Shown here piece after piece: positions 11,758 through 25,200 of a stretch of 64,000 nt of DNA. The translations under genes were made by a program, and so were the position numbers. A model generated the notes under the pieces. The model did no database searches, was not told the origin of the DNA, and saw only the letters and a list, made by a program, of their open reading frames with translations. Numbering within the stretch: position 1 is the first letter of the stretch; the number at the start of each line of letters is the position of its first letter. Source of the DNA: Owenia fusiformis (taxonomy: Eukaryota); contig CAIIXF020000001.1 of the NCBI GenBank assembly GCA_903813345.2, positions 27,342,001 through 27,406,000 on the forward strand, in the 5' to 3' direction.

Positions 11758-13861
11758 CTGAAGAAGTGAAATGGAGCATAACCAGAAACATACCTGGAAT
11801 TTAAATTTTAAATTTGGGCCCATTAATAGAAAATGTAGGCCCATTTACTCATAAATAAAGCCTATTTTTGAAAATGAAGCCCAGATAGCCGATCATGCTT
11901 TTGAGGAGGGGGAGTGTTATATATAAACCCCCGTTTATTACAGCCCTGCTTGGGATATTTGTTTCAGAGAAATGGGATCTGAGATTGGGAGTGGGTTTAT
12001 TTGTTATTTTTATGTTAATAGTTACTACCTGCTTTTACTTTTGTATCATCATTTTCTAATTTAGTAATTATATATAAGCAGTGACATTACTTACAGATAT
12101 GGAATATGAAAAGTGCTTTTGAAAGTGAAATAAAACAGTTGCAAGTTCTACATTGTTTATGTGCAGTACTTACATATCAGTTGCTATCAACTGTATGTTA
12201 TGCACAGTCCCAAAAATGCCACAAATGCCACTGAGGTTCTCTCTATCCATTGACATGTGTCAGTCCTGATTGCAGTACAAAAGTAGTATAGAGCTAAAAT
12301 TAGGATGTATACTTCTGTAGGACACAATTTTGGGAGTTTTACGATATTTTTGGCGAGGTAGTATACTCGCTCGACTCTTTAAGCTGTGTTTATGTCATAA
12401 CTGTTGTATATTGCTTTTAGTTAAGTATTGTAGCAGACATGTACTCAACTTTAAAAACGAACTTTTAATAGAGAATAACAAGAAAATGTACCTTTAGAAG
12501 TAGGTCATTGAGTATGTTTTGTTTTTTTGTATTTTCCATTCCTGGTATTATGTCATTTTTCAGAAATTACAATAAATTACTTTATTTCTTCAAGTAAGTG
12601 TTTTGCTTTTGTCTTATCACAAGTCCAAATTCTAAGCTACAGTTTGGACCATAAATAAAGGAGTCATGGAGTTGCTGAAGTGAGGGTTTCCCATGCTAGA
12701 AAGAAGAAAATTTCCAAGATGTCATCCATCTGTGAATGCGAGGATACAAACTGTAAAATATACAAATTAGGGGATAGGCTATGTATCTAGGCAATATTGG
12801 AAACTGGGCTTCAAACCACCTTGGTTGGTAATTGGAAATGGTGATAGAAAATGGAATACTCATTTATGGTCCAGACTGTATGCACATGATGCAAAGCAAG
12901 CATATTTGTAAACTATCCTCTGATTATTCTGATGAATATTCAGATTTGGTGGCAAAAGACCTTAATTATCTGAAATATAGCTTATTGGAATTGGAATACT
13001 GATGTCATCTACTTATTGGCAGAAAATGTGTTTTGATTTTCTGATTTAGTAATCACATTCTGATTTAGATGAAGGATGGATAGATCAGGTAAAGGATCTG
13101 GATTTGCATTTAAAAGATAAAATCAGTAAATGTAGTATTTAAGGGGGCATTTAACGATAATGTGAAAGATTGTCCATATTCAATGGCAAGACTTTGTAAC
13201 TTAAAAAACCATACGAGTATAAAAAGTTGATTACACTTCAATTTTTAAAAATGGAATTTTGAAACCTCTTGGTGCAATTTAGAGAATAACTAGAAGTCCC
13301 AGAGTCTTGTAGTGAGTCCATATAACTTTCCATCATTTTAAGTTCATTTCTGTTTGATTTAGCTTGGCTCCATTCATTACTGACATCTATATACAGATTA
13401 TGAAGTTAAATACACTGCAGAAAGATGCATTTAGAGTGGATCTAGGAATTGTCAGATGAGGGCCCAAGATAATTTTTGCTAATCCTTTACCTCGTTCTAT
13501 GGGTGAGTAAAATAAGATAAACATAAGTTCAATTTTCATAACATTTACAAAGTTTATTTTTTAAATAACAACACAAATTAGTCTGTTCGTTCAACACTGG
13601 CTACCAGCTAGGCTAACTTTGTTAGATTTAATCCAGTAGCTACTGTAACATAATATCCCTGCTTAATATTCATAGCATCACCACTTGCTGCTGTTGCCTA
13701 GCAACATAATGAGCATCAAAATGCCCGAAGTTCTTCCCTTTTTAATGTGTATTTTGAATGCTTAAAACTAGCCCTTAAACTTACTAAGAGTATCTTTCTC
13801 TTGTATAAACTTTTTCTAAAGGGCTTGACTTACTCTTTGATGTTGAGACATTAAGGAGATA

Positions 13862-14469
13862 CAGTGCTGGTATATATTAATCGATCAGTCGTTTAATTGG
13901 CATATTTTCTTGAATTTTAAAATGTAATGTCCCAAACTCCCACAAACTGCAGAAAAGTATACCCCATAAATCATATTTACCAAAATGAGTGTCTCCAAGG
14001 CTTCACACCAGCGTATGCATAATGCATTTTTCACGAGTTCGGCTGAAATTTCGCCAAAATGAAGTAGGCTAAGGGTAGTCTCTGCCAGGTTTGTTTATTG
14101 TGGTAAGCTTGTAAGTGCTCGGAAGCAAATAATTCACGTGCGCAAAATAATCAAATAATCTAATTGGTCTAAACTTTGCTGCACATGCGCACAATGTGTG
14201 CCATGTTTTTTCTAGTGATTTCGTTTCGTTTCATGGAGTTTGCGTTTCAGTGTAACTTCCGCAAAAATGGCCGACCATGGACAGAATTAACAGGTAAAAT
14301 CACTTCGAAATTTCAAGAGAACTTTTTACCTATAATTGCAAAACTTTTGTTTTATTTGTGCATTCTATCTATCAGATAAGAGTTTCAGGGGTATGTAGGC
14401 AAATTCATTTTGGTAGGAACACTCTTTTTAGTTTGAAAACGCACCCTATATTATTATATATCAGCACTG
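13862..14469. mobile_element. Tc1/mariner-like MITE
   Basis: TA|CAGTGCTGGTATATATTAAT ... ATTATTATATATCAGCACTG|TA: imperfect TIRs flanked by TA. Confidence 0.6.
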
Positions 14470-15825
14470 TAGTGATTCACTTGGGGTAATTTGACATCTA
14501 AACTTTTCTACCCATTTCTCTGAGTTTGGATCATCTTAATGTCCATTAACTTTAAACTGATATAGGAAAAATTCTCCTGATGGAAAGTTAGTACTTTTTC
14601 CTATGTGTTTAAGTTTAGAGTATCTTCTGCAAGGTTTTAAAGATTTGATTCACTTTCCGCCAGCAGAATTTGAGAAAATTTAAATCTAAGACACCCCCTC
14701 CAACAGATAATTAGCTAACAGTTGAATCAGTATACACAAATAAGCAAGTACTTAGAAGTGATGGAGGACTTAGAAATGCAAAAATAAACATTGCAAACAC
14801 TCAATTTATCAAAATTTATTTATTAGATATATATTATGTATATATTATACAGTTGTATGTACATTAGACAGTTGCTGTATAATTATGAAAATCTATGACA
14901 GGAAAATGAACAAATTGGAAATAAAAAATAAAAAGGGCACCAATCAGCTGATAGGTGAGTAATGAATTCTTTGTATTTTTTGTATCATCCTCAACTCAAA
15001 TAACAAACCAGAACACATGTATCCCCCCCCCCGATGTACCCAGCCAGAAATACATACACTTAAACATATAAGACTCGAATACTAGATACACTAAATTAAA
15101 TTGATACAGGTAATTTTGATCCAGAATGATATTTAGAGTACTTTCATTTTTAGCTATAAGTATAATTTAAATCAACTTTGATGATACATTTTAATTCTAC
15201 TTGTTAATGTTATGGCAATAAAAAATTGTAGTGATGCATGTGGTCAGATAAATACAGCATAGGCATTAAGCTCTAGCTAGTCCAATAAGATTCACTGCCT
15301 GGCTTATCTTACTAATTACCTTATTAGATGTTTAATGTTAAGAAGCGCCAACTAGTATCTGTTTACATAACTAGGATTAAATCTACATAGCTGGCAGCAA
15401 GTGTCAAAAATTATTATTGCACCCTTGTTATTGAACTCTTGGGTGATAAATCATCATCATTACACAATCAACACAATATAACATTAACTGGCTACGCCCC
15501 TGAACTTTGTGATTGTGATTGTTCACACTGTCTTGTCTAAATACTTATACTTTTCAAATGACAAAATTTAAATACAGAACAATTACATATACTACACAAA
15601 TATTGTGATATTAAGCATTAAGAGTATTAGGTGTGTCATAGAAGTTGTGTTCCATATTAAGATGAACTTTTTAAATTCAAATTTTAGAACAACAATTATT
15701 TTTCACATGCACAACATTATAAATGATAATAACAATATAATACATTGAGGTTAATAAATAATTTCTGAATAATAAAACAGAACATAAAAATGCAGTAACA
15801 ACATCTGAATGACTATATAATATAA

Positions 15826-16057
15826 TATGCCTAGGTCACATTTGCTCCAATTCATCAACCGGCGCCTGGCCGATTGAGTATTTTGTTCGAAATTGAAGGT
15901 CAAATCTTTGAGGTCAGATGTGAACTCCTGAGAACTTGTACATTATTTTTAGAAAAAGGTTTGGTCAATTTAAAGCAAGTTGAAATCAGTTTTGAACAGA
16001 AAAATGCAATTTGCCGGGCAATGGCCGATGGATCGGAGCAAATGAGATCTAGGCATA
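15826..16057. mobile_element. Small MITE-like inverted-repeat element
   Basis: TATGCCTAGGTCACATTTGCTCC ... GGAGCAAATGAGATCTAGGCATA form imperfect TIRs. Confidence 0.55.
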
Positions 16058-18117
16058 AGGTATCAACATACATAATATTGTGGTAATACATCATAAGTGG
16101 TACATTATGAAATATCGGCTTGCTGTTGCTGGTGAGCAATCTCAGTTAGGAATACAGATATAAATTAATACATGGTTTATCACAGTTGGTGTATCACAAT
16201 GCATATACAGTATTGTTATAATATTTCACATGCATGTATATACAGACATTATACGAAGGGAGGGATTGTATATTGGGTTTATCAAGAGTGATTATATGAT
16301 ATATTCCCGAGGGTAATTTCTGTACTCTCACCCCAATTTGACATACATGAGCCACAGGCACATTAAGGCTATTGTAAATAACAAAAGCACAAATTAGATC
16401 TTTGGGACTTGAAATACATGCAATTGCAGTGTATCTGCATGTATATTAAAAATGTTCATAGAAATAAAAAGATACAGTCAAGTGATCTATTTACAATGTG
16501 ATCTCCGTATGTTTGTTTGTTATGTTTAAGATAATTACTGTCATGTTATACATGTATAGGTTCTATAAATAGGCACTATCATTTGTTTTTGTGTATCTGA
16601 AAAAGCTAAATTCCTTGAATCAAGTTGAACAAAAAGTATGTCATCAAATTTAACATGCAGTGCTTTTTATTGCAGTAAAAGTTTTACTTTCCCAGAGATC
16701 AAGAAATTACCAAATTAAATAAATTAATAAATAAAGAGAAGTTAGAAAACATTGTGCATTTGTTTTACACTGTTATGGAATCTATGTGCAGTGTGTATGC
16801 ACTATGTCCATTAATCCAGGGCTTCCGATTTCAAAACAGACTTTAGGGAGCATCTCATAAGTTCAATGTAGGATTACTAACTGTATTTGAACAGTTAATT
16901 TGTGATCCCCTCATAACTGTGTTTGAGAAATGTTGATATGCGTTATTTTGAAAGTCACACTATATCTAACATAATATGTAAATGTTATAAAGTCAATTTC
17001 TTATAATTATTCCAATAATAACAATAATTAGTGATGTTGGAAAGCTAACTTTTAAGGCTAATAGTAATGACCCCCTCCCCCTTAATGTACAATGTGGTTA
17101 ATTTTCTGACATTGATCTTTTGAAATACTCCCTTACCCTACATCTGTATATTAGTCTTGCGCCAAGTAGATTAGAGGGGGGTCCAGAGTGTTGAACCAAG
17201 ACTATCTGTACATTGAATTGTACATTGGTTACAATTAAGTATGAGATGAGCAAATATCAGAGATATGGTATATGGACGGTCTCCTGAAACAAAATGTCTT
17301 TTAAACTGACACTTGTATATGTATTTGTTGCTTCTATCTATGACCTTGCATCAGTGTAAATATCTTTGCTTTGAACTGGCTCTTGAAGTAATTTTTGGGG
17401 AAAGATGGAGTTGAATTCCCTCATCAATAGAAGTTGTAATCAAAATAGTCTAATATCAAGTCCCTTAACCAAGCTATTGTGAGGTGAGGTAGGGCCACAA
17501 GGGCTTGAGACAAAACCATGCTGATGGAGAAGTTTCAAACCTATAGACTCATATAAGCTACCCTTTACAATAACCTTGTATACACTCTAGATCATTCTCT
17601 GATCTTGCCTATGTACTGAATCAAGACACTAGATTTTCTGCCAAATAAGTAGCTGTCACTCATTGTAAATACAAATTCCCCTATAAGTCCATGAGAGCTA
17701 CATTTTAATATCTAGTCAGCATCAAAATCATACAATTGTAAAAATGTTTATAGTCAATATGTAGGATGACTGACTAACAAGGATCCAGGGTATGTTATAT
17801 TGTATACCCATTCACTTATAAAAGAGGCAATTCCCAGGCTGAGAGGCTACTTAACAAAAGACAATACTTGATCAATAAATGCACTTTTATAAACTGTAGC
17901 ATCAAGCTGCCTGACAACAATACATAAAATCAATTAGTCTATATGTAAAGTTACGGATACAATACTAATAAATAATGTATAAATGCACTTTCATAACTGT
18001 GGCATCACATACACTGACATACATGTACATGTCTACTATATAGCCTCATAACAATAAATCTGAATAAATCTCTAATAATGTGCGTAAAGTTACAAACCCT
18101 TCCTGTTATTTGTTATC

Positions 18118-18397
18118 ATTTTAAGCCCTGGACTAGAAACTAATATTTTAAGCCCTGGACTTGAAACCAACATTTTAAGCTCTGGACTTGAACCTAACAT
18201 TTGAAGACCTGGACTAAAATCGAACATTTTAAGCCCTGGACTTAAACCTAATATTTTAAGCCCTGGACTTAAAAATAACATTTTAAGCCCTGGACTTGAA
18301 ACTTACATTTTAAGCCCTGGACTTGAAACTAACATTCTAAGCCCTGGACTTGAAACAAACATTCTAAGCCCTGGACTTGAAACTAACATTTCAGCCC
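18118..18397. repeat. 27-bp minisatellite, about 10 copies
   Basis: The unit AACATTTTAAGCCCTGGACTTGAAACT is repeated in tandem. Confidence 0.9.
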
Positions 18398-19026
18398 AGT
18401 GCCAAAATAGTTACCAATTTTCAGGTAGTTATTTGCTCCAATCAGGTACAATAATTAATTCTTTCCACAAACATTTATTTACAATGTGGTAGGCCTACAA
18501 CACATTCCACTTTCTTGAACATAATGTTCATTTAAAAACTGAACATTGCTCAGAATTCAATGAATTTTCTAAGGTGAATATTAAAAGAGAAAATGGTATT
18601 CCAATTTTGGTATGGTAATCACTGATCAAATATCAGCTGGTAATAGCTTGAGACTTGCAAAGAATGGTGGATAACAGGTATTCTTCCAAGTTTGGTAGCA
18701 GATAACTACTTTGGTAATTTACAGTTTCTAGTCTCAATTGATATAAACCTAACATAATTATATTGATTAAGCCATTCATGTATGTACCCATATTGATTTA
18801 CAATCGTAACACACACTAGTCTAAAGGCTGGGTTAATTAGCTGGAATGGTTAAGTACCAATACTGTATGGTTAAGAGATTTTAATCTCTTGTTATAGATT
18901 TAGGAAAATATACAAATATAAACAGTTATTGAAAAATATGATTAGTTATCATAGAGGGAGGGGGTAGATGGTGACATTTAAAAACGTTAATATCTATTTC
19001 TATGGACGGATGTTGAAAAAGAAATA

Positions 19027-19525
19027 CTGTAAAACGGGTAATTTTGACACCGGGAAATTTTAGCGATTTTTCAATTTTAGGGGGTTTTAGCGCGGGAAAT
19101 TTTAGCGAAATGAAGATTAATCTTTAAAAAATCAAATTAGCGAAATGCATTAGAAATTTTATAATTTATGGCAGAAGAAGAATGACGGACATGACAGAGG
19201 AATTATCAAAATGTAACACTTCTAAAGCACATGGTATTGGTCCAGACTACTGTAATCTCATCTGACTAATCACAAAATCACGGTAGCATTTAAAATCGTT
19301 GATTTTTCGGTCCAAACTAATCTCAAATTACAAACCGGAAGTCGAGCACTGATCGAAAAGCTTCTTAAATACTAGTATTCATGTAGTTTCGCGGGAATTT
19401 GCAAATTTTAGCGCCCGGTTTATTTTAACCCCGGTTTATTTTAGCGAATTGAATTTTTAGCGAAACTATAGCGATCGCTAACAATCGCTAACAATTACCC
19501 CTCGCTAACAATACCCGTTTTACAG
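19027..19525. mobile_element. MITE with TA TSD, immediately downstream of the ZDHHC stop codon
   Basis: TA|CTGTAAAACGGGTA ... TACCCGTTTTACAG|TA, with subterminal TTAGCG/CGCTAA repeats. Confidence 0.75.
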
Positions 19526-19605
19526 TATTGGAGTGAACCAAAATAAAATTGATTATATTTTTCTGTCAGATCTCTTCATTTCAATGTAATAGCTCCTCCC
19601 TGAGG

Positions 19606-20586
19606 CTATATATATTTATATGTATGCTCAACCCAATCTATACCATTACCCTTATTCGAGAAACATACCAAGGGTACCAGAAAGTTCATAAGCCATAGTG
19701 GTCCAAAGACGGACCTAAATCTTAAATTTGGATTGGTTGCATAAGTTTTATCCTTCTTCATGAATTCATGGCATGTTTGTCCTCTATAAATTATCCACAT
19801 TTGTAGAACCCAGTAATAGCCTGAACCGAGAAATGTTCCAAATGTGAAATTCAATAAAATAATAATCGATAGAAAATGCCAAGTTGCATACCCAGATAGT
19901 GTTTCTACCAAGGCAACAGGTAGCAACAAATGAACTGATCCAGAGTCACTCAAATGTTCGCTGTTTATGTATTGGTATAAGACGCTGCCGCTAAACCCTG
20001 TACCAACCATAACATAGAAGCAAAACACAGTAAAGTATCGTTGGTTATAAAATCCAATGCATGATGCGGTGAAGAAACAATGATGATCATGCTTCAGGAT
20101 GCAGATCCCACATAAAGCACAATGATGACATCTTGGTGGAATATCCATCTGACACGTATGACAGTAACTCCAAGATGGATCTGGTAATTCATTTGTCTGC
20201 GTCATCTTTGTATAGGTAGACCTATAGGCTGTTGTAATAACAAGGATGTGATTCACAACAACGTTAATCAAGATAAAGCAAAACACAGCTCTTATCACAT
20301 ATAGCGTATCAGGATCATAAATCGCTGGTCCAAAATAGTATGCCGTGCCAATGAACGATGTTATCAACAACCAAACAAAATAGGTGACTGCGATAACATT
20401 CAATGCATGCATGGTGACAGAACTACGTTGCTGCTTATTTGGAGGATTATTTGGCATAGTATGTCTTTGTCTTTTCGGCCATGATGATGGAATGGCAATA
20501 TTACTTTGACTTTGAATCTGGCTGGTTTTCCAAAAATTTTCTGAATTGTAACTGTCTGGTCCTCCTTTGAATTCTTGATGTTCCAT
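19606..20586 (-). CDS. ZDHHC22: DHHC-type palmitoyltransferase, ZDHHC22-like, single coding exon (326 aa)
   Basis: Cys-rich DHHC domain CHTC...PPRCHHCALCGICILKHDHHCFFTASCIGFYNQRYF flanked by hydrophobic TM segments. HDHHCFFT..CIG resembles the ZDHHC22/24 group; exact orthology is tentative. Confidence 0.88.
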   Translation of the reverse strand: MEHQEFKGGPDSYNSENFWKTSQIQSQSNIAIPSSWPKRQRHTMPNNPPNKQQRSSVTMHALNVIAVTYFVWLLITSFIGTAYYFGPAIYDPDTLYVIRAVFCFILINVVVNHILVITTAYRSTYTKMTQTNELPDPSWSYCHTCQMDIPPRCHHCALCGICILKHDHHCFFTASCIGFYNQRYFTVFCFYVMVGTGFSGSVLYQYINSEHLSDSGSVHLLLPVALVETLSGYATWHFLSIIILLNFTFGTFLGSGYYWVLQMWIIYRGQTCHEFMKKDKTYATNPNLRFRSVFGPLWLMNFLVPLVCFSNKGNGIDWVEHTYKYI

Positions 20587-20744
20587 GGCTTGAGTGATTA
20601 TAATAGATATCCTCTATCAAGACTGGTATATATTTTATGGTTTGCTAATATAATTGTACTTTTTAAATGCCTAAAAACGTCACATTCGTCTATATATTTA
20701 CAAAAGCATTGACAGCTACAAACTGACAAAAATATTTACTTTCA

Positions 20745-21060
20745 CTTTCACCGGAACTCTGTTTGCGCATGCCCGATAGAAAGAAAATGGCGTGGCCTAG
20801 GATAATTTTCTTATAAGGAAAGCTAAATTCTGCAATACCTAGGTAACTGTTTCACATATTCTAACTTGAGTCGTATTTGATGTATAATATAGAAAACGAA
20901 GAATTCAAAATTAAGAATAGTTATCATTTAAAGAGCGTGTACAGTGGAAACGAAAATGCGATTCTAATTTTGGCGGTGACGCCATTTTGATCTTCCCCTC
21001 AAAATGAAAATTCCAAGATTTGGATCGCGGAATTTTTGAAAATGGTTTACAAGGTAAGAT
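20745..21060. promoter_or_regulatory. Putative bidirectional promoter between the ZDHHC (-) and PRDM (+) genes
   Basis: ETS-like CCGGAA (20751), NRF1-like TGCGCATGCC (20764), YY1-like AAAATGGCG on + (20784) and on - (CGCCATTTT, 20980-20988), and a strong donor AAG|GTAAGA at 21053/4. Confidence 0.55.
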
Positions 21061-21399
21061 ATCTTCGAAAGCCCTGGAATTTAACGTCGTGTGTTTATTG
21101 ATTAAGCTTTTCTGTTTCTCTTTTAACGGTTGACATGTCTGCAACATATCTGGAACTTTTAGGCGTGGAAGTCTCTTGAAACTAAGCCCATGATTCTCTA
21201 AGTCTAAGCTTAGGCTAGTCTAGCCTAGGTTTTAGAATTCTCCAGGTTTGTTTCAGAAAAGTGGGAGGGGTTGTACAGCATAGTTTATATTTTTCCTCAT
21301 TGTAGTATTGTATTTTGTTTACCACCAATGAAGGTGAGCAATACCTCTTGGGTATGTTCCGTATATATACGGTCGTAATTTACGTAATTAACATGGAAG

Positions 21400-21630
21400 A
21401 TAGACCCAGAAACCCCTCCTTGAAGGAGCCCTGTGTTCTTTTATGTGCACTTATACATAGACATATAAGTACACACCACAGCCTTTTTGTACGAGTTGCG
21501 GACCACTCAGTCAAACACCCTGAAGTACTTCAAGCAAACAAGCGAATTTAGTCTTGCCTGAACCGGGGATTGAATCCGGGACCTATTACGTAAGAGGTAC
21601 CTGCGCTACCGCTGAGCTACACGGGTGGAC
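21400..21630 (-). mobile_element. tRNA-derived SINE (tRNA-like head about 21555-21628)
   Basis: The minus strand reads TAGCTCAGCGGTAGCGC (A box) ... GGATTCAATCCCCGG (B box). The acceptor stem does not pair. The 3' boundary is approximate. Confidence 0.6.
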
Positions 21631-22218
21631 TGGTCTGTGAGCTGGTCAAACAGTTGCATATTACATCTTGCTTATATGCTTGTTCATATTGCTTGAAGGC
21701 ATCCCTACAACTTCATCCAAACAATTTTTTAGCAGATGCATATCAATATACGGGCAATATACACATGGTCATGGACTCTCAAGAGTCTCTTGAAAGGCCA
21801 CGACACAACATACATAGTACTGTATAGTGTATATATCCTTCAATTGTGTGAAAGATTCGCGAGAGATAGGATGCTATAGTAACAGTCCAATTTTGGTCTA
21901 GTAGTTAACACCAGAGACATCACATCATATCCTTAATTGAAGGTTGTTTTGGATCGATCAAAGATCTGCCTTCTTTTCGGGACCTTCTTCAGTTTGAATA
22001 AGAGCTTTTTACCTTGAAATATTCTATGCTACTTTAGACCAATCAGGCTTGGATCAGAGACATATGCAGAGACATATAAAGACTATATTTATTTAGACAT
22101 TTGGTATGCCTTTTGGCGTTATTTCTCTTTGAAATAATGATGTAATCAAAAATGGAAATTATAACTGTTAATTGATTATGTTTGTGTTGTAGACATTGCG
22201 CAGTGAGAGTGAATCAAG

Positions 22219-25200
22219 ATGTCGGAGATAGAACAAACCCAGGTGGAGGAGATGACAATAGATTCATCAGAATCAATAACCATTGAACAAGCTCAAGAAG
22301 AAGTAATGGAAGAATCACGAGTTACAACCATTGACGGATCTCAAGATATGTCTATGGATGGAGCACAAGTTACAACCATAGATGGATCTCGAGTTATAAC
22401 TATGGATGGAGCCCAAATTACAGCAATGAATGGACCCAAAGTTACAACCATTGATGGATCTCAAGTGACAACCATGAATAGCGCCCAAGTAACAGCTGTG
22501 GATGGAGCTCAAGTAACAGCCATCAATGATTCAGAACTAGGTGTGCATACTGCACAGGTTGTTGATACAGACGGTTACATTACTACAATACTTGTTGAGG
22601 AAGGTGCTACCATAATAACCACAGAAGATGGTGACCAGGAAGAAGGGGAATGTGATGTTTGCGGTGGTAACCATGCCACAGAAGAATGCCCCGAGATTAG
22701 TCTTGTTGATGCAGAGACTCAGAAAAAATTAATGTCAAAGTAAGATGTATTTTAAAATTATCTTGAAATATTAAAGTAGAATTCTGGAATCAACCATTTA
22801 ATAATTTTGAATTGATTTTTGTATGATTTTAGCTTCTCCAATGAGTTGCCATTTTTGAATTGAGACATTGGCTATCTATAATGAAGTAAATCGAAGCTCA
22901 ACTTACATGACTACCTTTTTTAGCATCAAGGTATAACACCAATTTACTATACGTTTTTATTTAGATTACCATACCTGAACTATTTACAGGGCAAAAATGA
23001 CACTACCACATAACTTGGTGTGGAATCTGCATGAAGATGGGAATATTGGTGTACATGCCTCAGAACTGATCCAGACCAAAACAAGATTTGGTCCATATGA
23101 ATCAAGGAGAACCACAATGGATATTATAGCTGAAAATGGCATGGTGTTCAAGGTATTTACTGCTTCCAAACCATGCCTAATATCTGCTCCATGTGAACAC
23201 TAGTTTTATAAAATGAACTGCGGTAAAATCTGTATATTTAAATTGGAGCACCTGACTAATTCAAATAGCTCATAATTCTTTAGTCCATTTTTGTTCTATT
23301 GAGTCCCAAATTTAGAACCTTGAAATGTGAACCGCGAAATTGGAACAGAGAACAGACTTACTGTAATTGGAAAATTAACCTGTCTTACTTTAAAAGGGAT
23401 ATTCCTCACAATATCTGCCTATACCGACAGAACTCAGATGTATTTCAAATCATAGTGACATAACCTTTAAGAAGTCACATATTTAGCACCCTATTGTAGA
23501 ATTCTCTTATTAAATTTGAAATGAAAGCAAATGTATTTATTAACAGATCTTCAATAAGGATGGTACAAGTATCTCGTTAGATACAACAGATGAAAATAGC
23601 TGTAACTGGATGTGTCTGGTCCAGGCTGCAACAACTTCATCCGATCAGAATGCCATAGCTTTCCAGATAGGATCAGATATCTACTTCTCAAACACCAAGA
23701 AGCTCTTACCAGGTATGAAAGTAAACCCTTTGCAGGAGTTTGACTATGTATTTTGTTTTGTAGTTGAAATTGTTTCCATGTAACCTGAGTGGTGTGACAT
23801 TACCGATGTCATTCTTGTTACCATAAAACAATGGTCCTTGCAATGGTTGTATTATGATTTTCTGTCCAAAAATCCTTTTCTCAAATACAAGCCCTCTTTG
23901 TGTATTTTCAGCCAAAATGTTTAATGGACTGATTTGGAATTTTATAACTCATGTTGTTTTCCTTTGATTTGTTGATACATTGATACGTCACCACTTCAAG
24001 TGTTGACATATTGTTATAGTCTCAACCTTTTTTGTGGACAGTGTTCTGCATTTGGTGAGTGGCAGTCAGTGTCTGTAACAAATGGCATGTGGTGACATTT
24101 TGCATGTTAATGCCTCATTAGAAATTCTAGTAAAAATTCATTTGTGTTTCAGGCCATGAGCTGAAGGTTTGGTATGCACCTCACTATGCTAAGAAGCTGG
24201 GAAAACCTGCTATGCCTGACGGAATAACATCAGGTAAAATATATACATTGTTCCTTTATATAAATAGATGAAAAACTTGAATGTAACAAAAATACTAATG
24301 AGCTAAATACTCTTTGCCCATTAAAAACCCCTGTAAAACCTGTCTCAGTGAACACCTCTTTCTAATGAACACCTGTATCTACTATCTAGTGGACACCCTT
24401 CCTCCAGACGTACTCGACTGACTTCTGTATAAATTACCCTCTCTGTATTGAACACCTACCAACACTGAACTTTTTTCCTGGCAACAAAATACAAACAGGT
24501 TTTACTGTAATGGCTTCAAAACACTAAATTGACCATTTGAAAGAAAATAGTAATAACTAAGGCTATAGTAAATTAATTTCTAAAATGCATTGTTCTGTTA
24601 CTCTGATGTCATTAAATCCATGATTACAACAATTGATTGAGAAATTATTAACTTGATGTAGTTTCTATTAATGATCTGTAGGTCCTGATTATTGCACATT
24701 TACAAAATGCTTTTTCTGTTGTCCAAAAATCAATGAACCACTACAATGTCACACTTAATGATGTACAATGAAACTTGTTAAGTGGAACACCTGTGTTAAT
24801 GGAACACTTTTCAGAGTCCCCAGACCAACTGACCTCCCAAATGGAACACTTTTTAGAGGTATCAAAAGGTATTCCACTCAGATAGTTTTAACTGTATCTC
24901 TTACTAATCTCTATTTATGTGGTAACTGTATATTCCAGTGCTTCTTGGTCAGCAGATAGTCTTACCTGATCTAGCTGAAGAAGACCATCCTCTACAAATC
25001 TCCATCTTGTCTGATGAACTGGATCCTGAAGGAGAGGCTAACAGGAAAGTCAAAGAGGAAGCTATGTTGGCAAAAGAGGGAGGTGGGTCTTTTAATGAAA
25101 TAAACTCCTGTTAAGATTCACACATTCCTAAGATCAATCATCATTGTAGTCAGTAGGCTACTGATAAATGTGAAAATATGTTTATTGTAGCCAGGGCTTT

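Noticed and set aside
21555-21628. Functional tRNA gene
   Set aside because: A and B boxes are present, but the acceptor and anticodon stems do not pair well. It is better explained as a SINE head.
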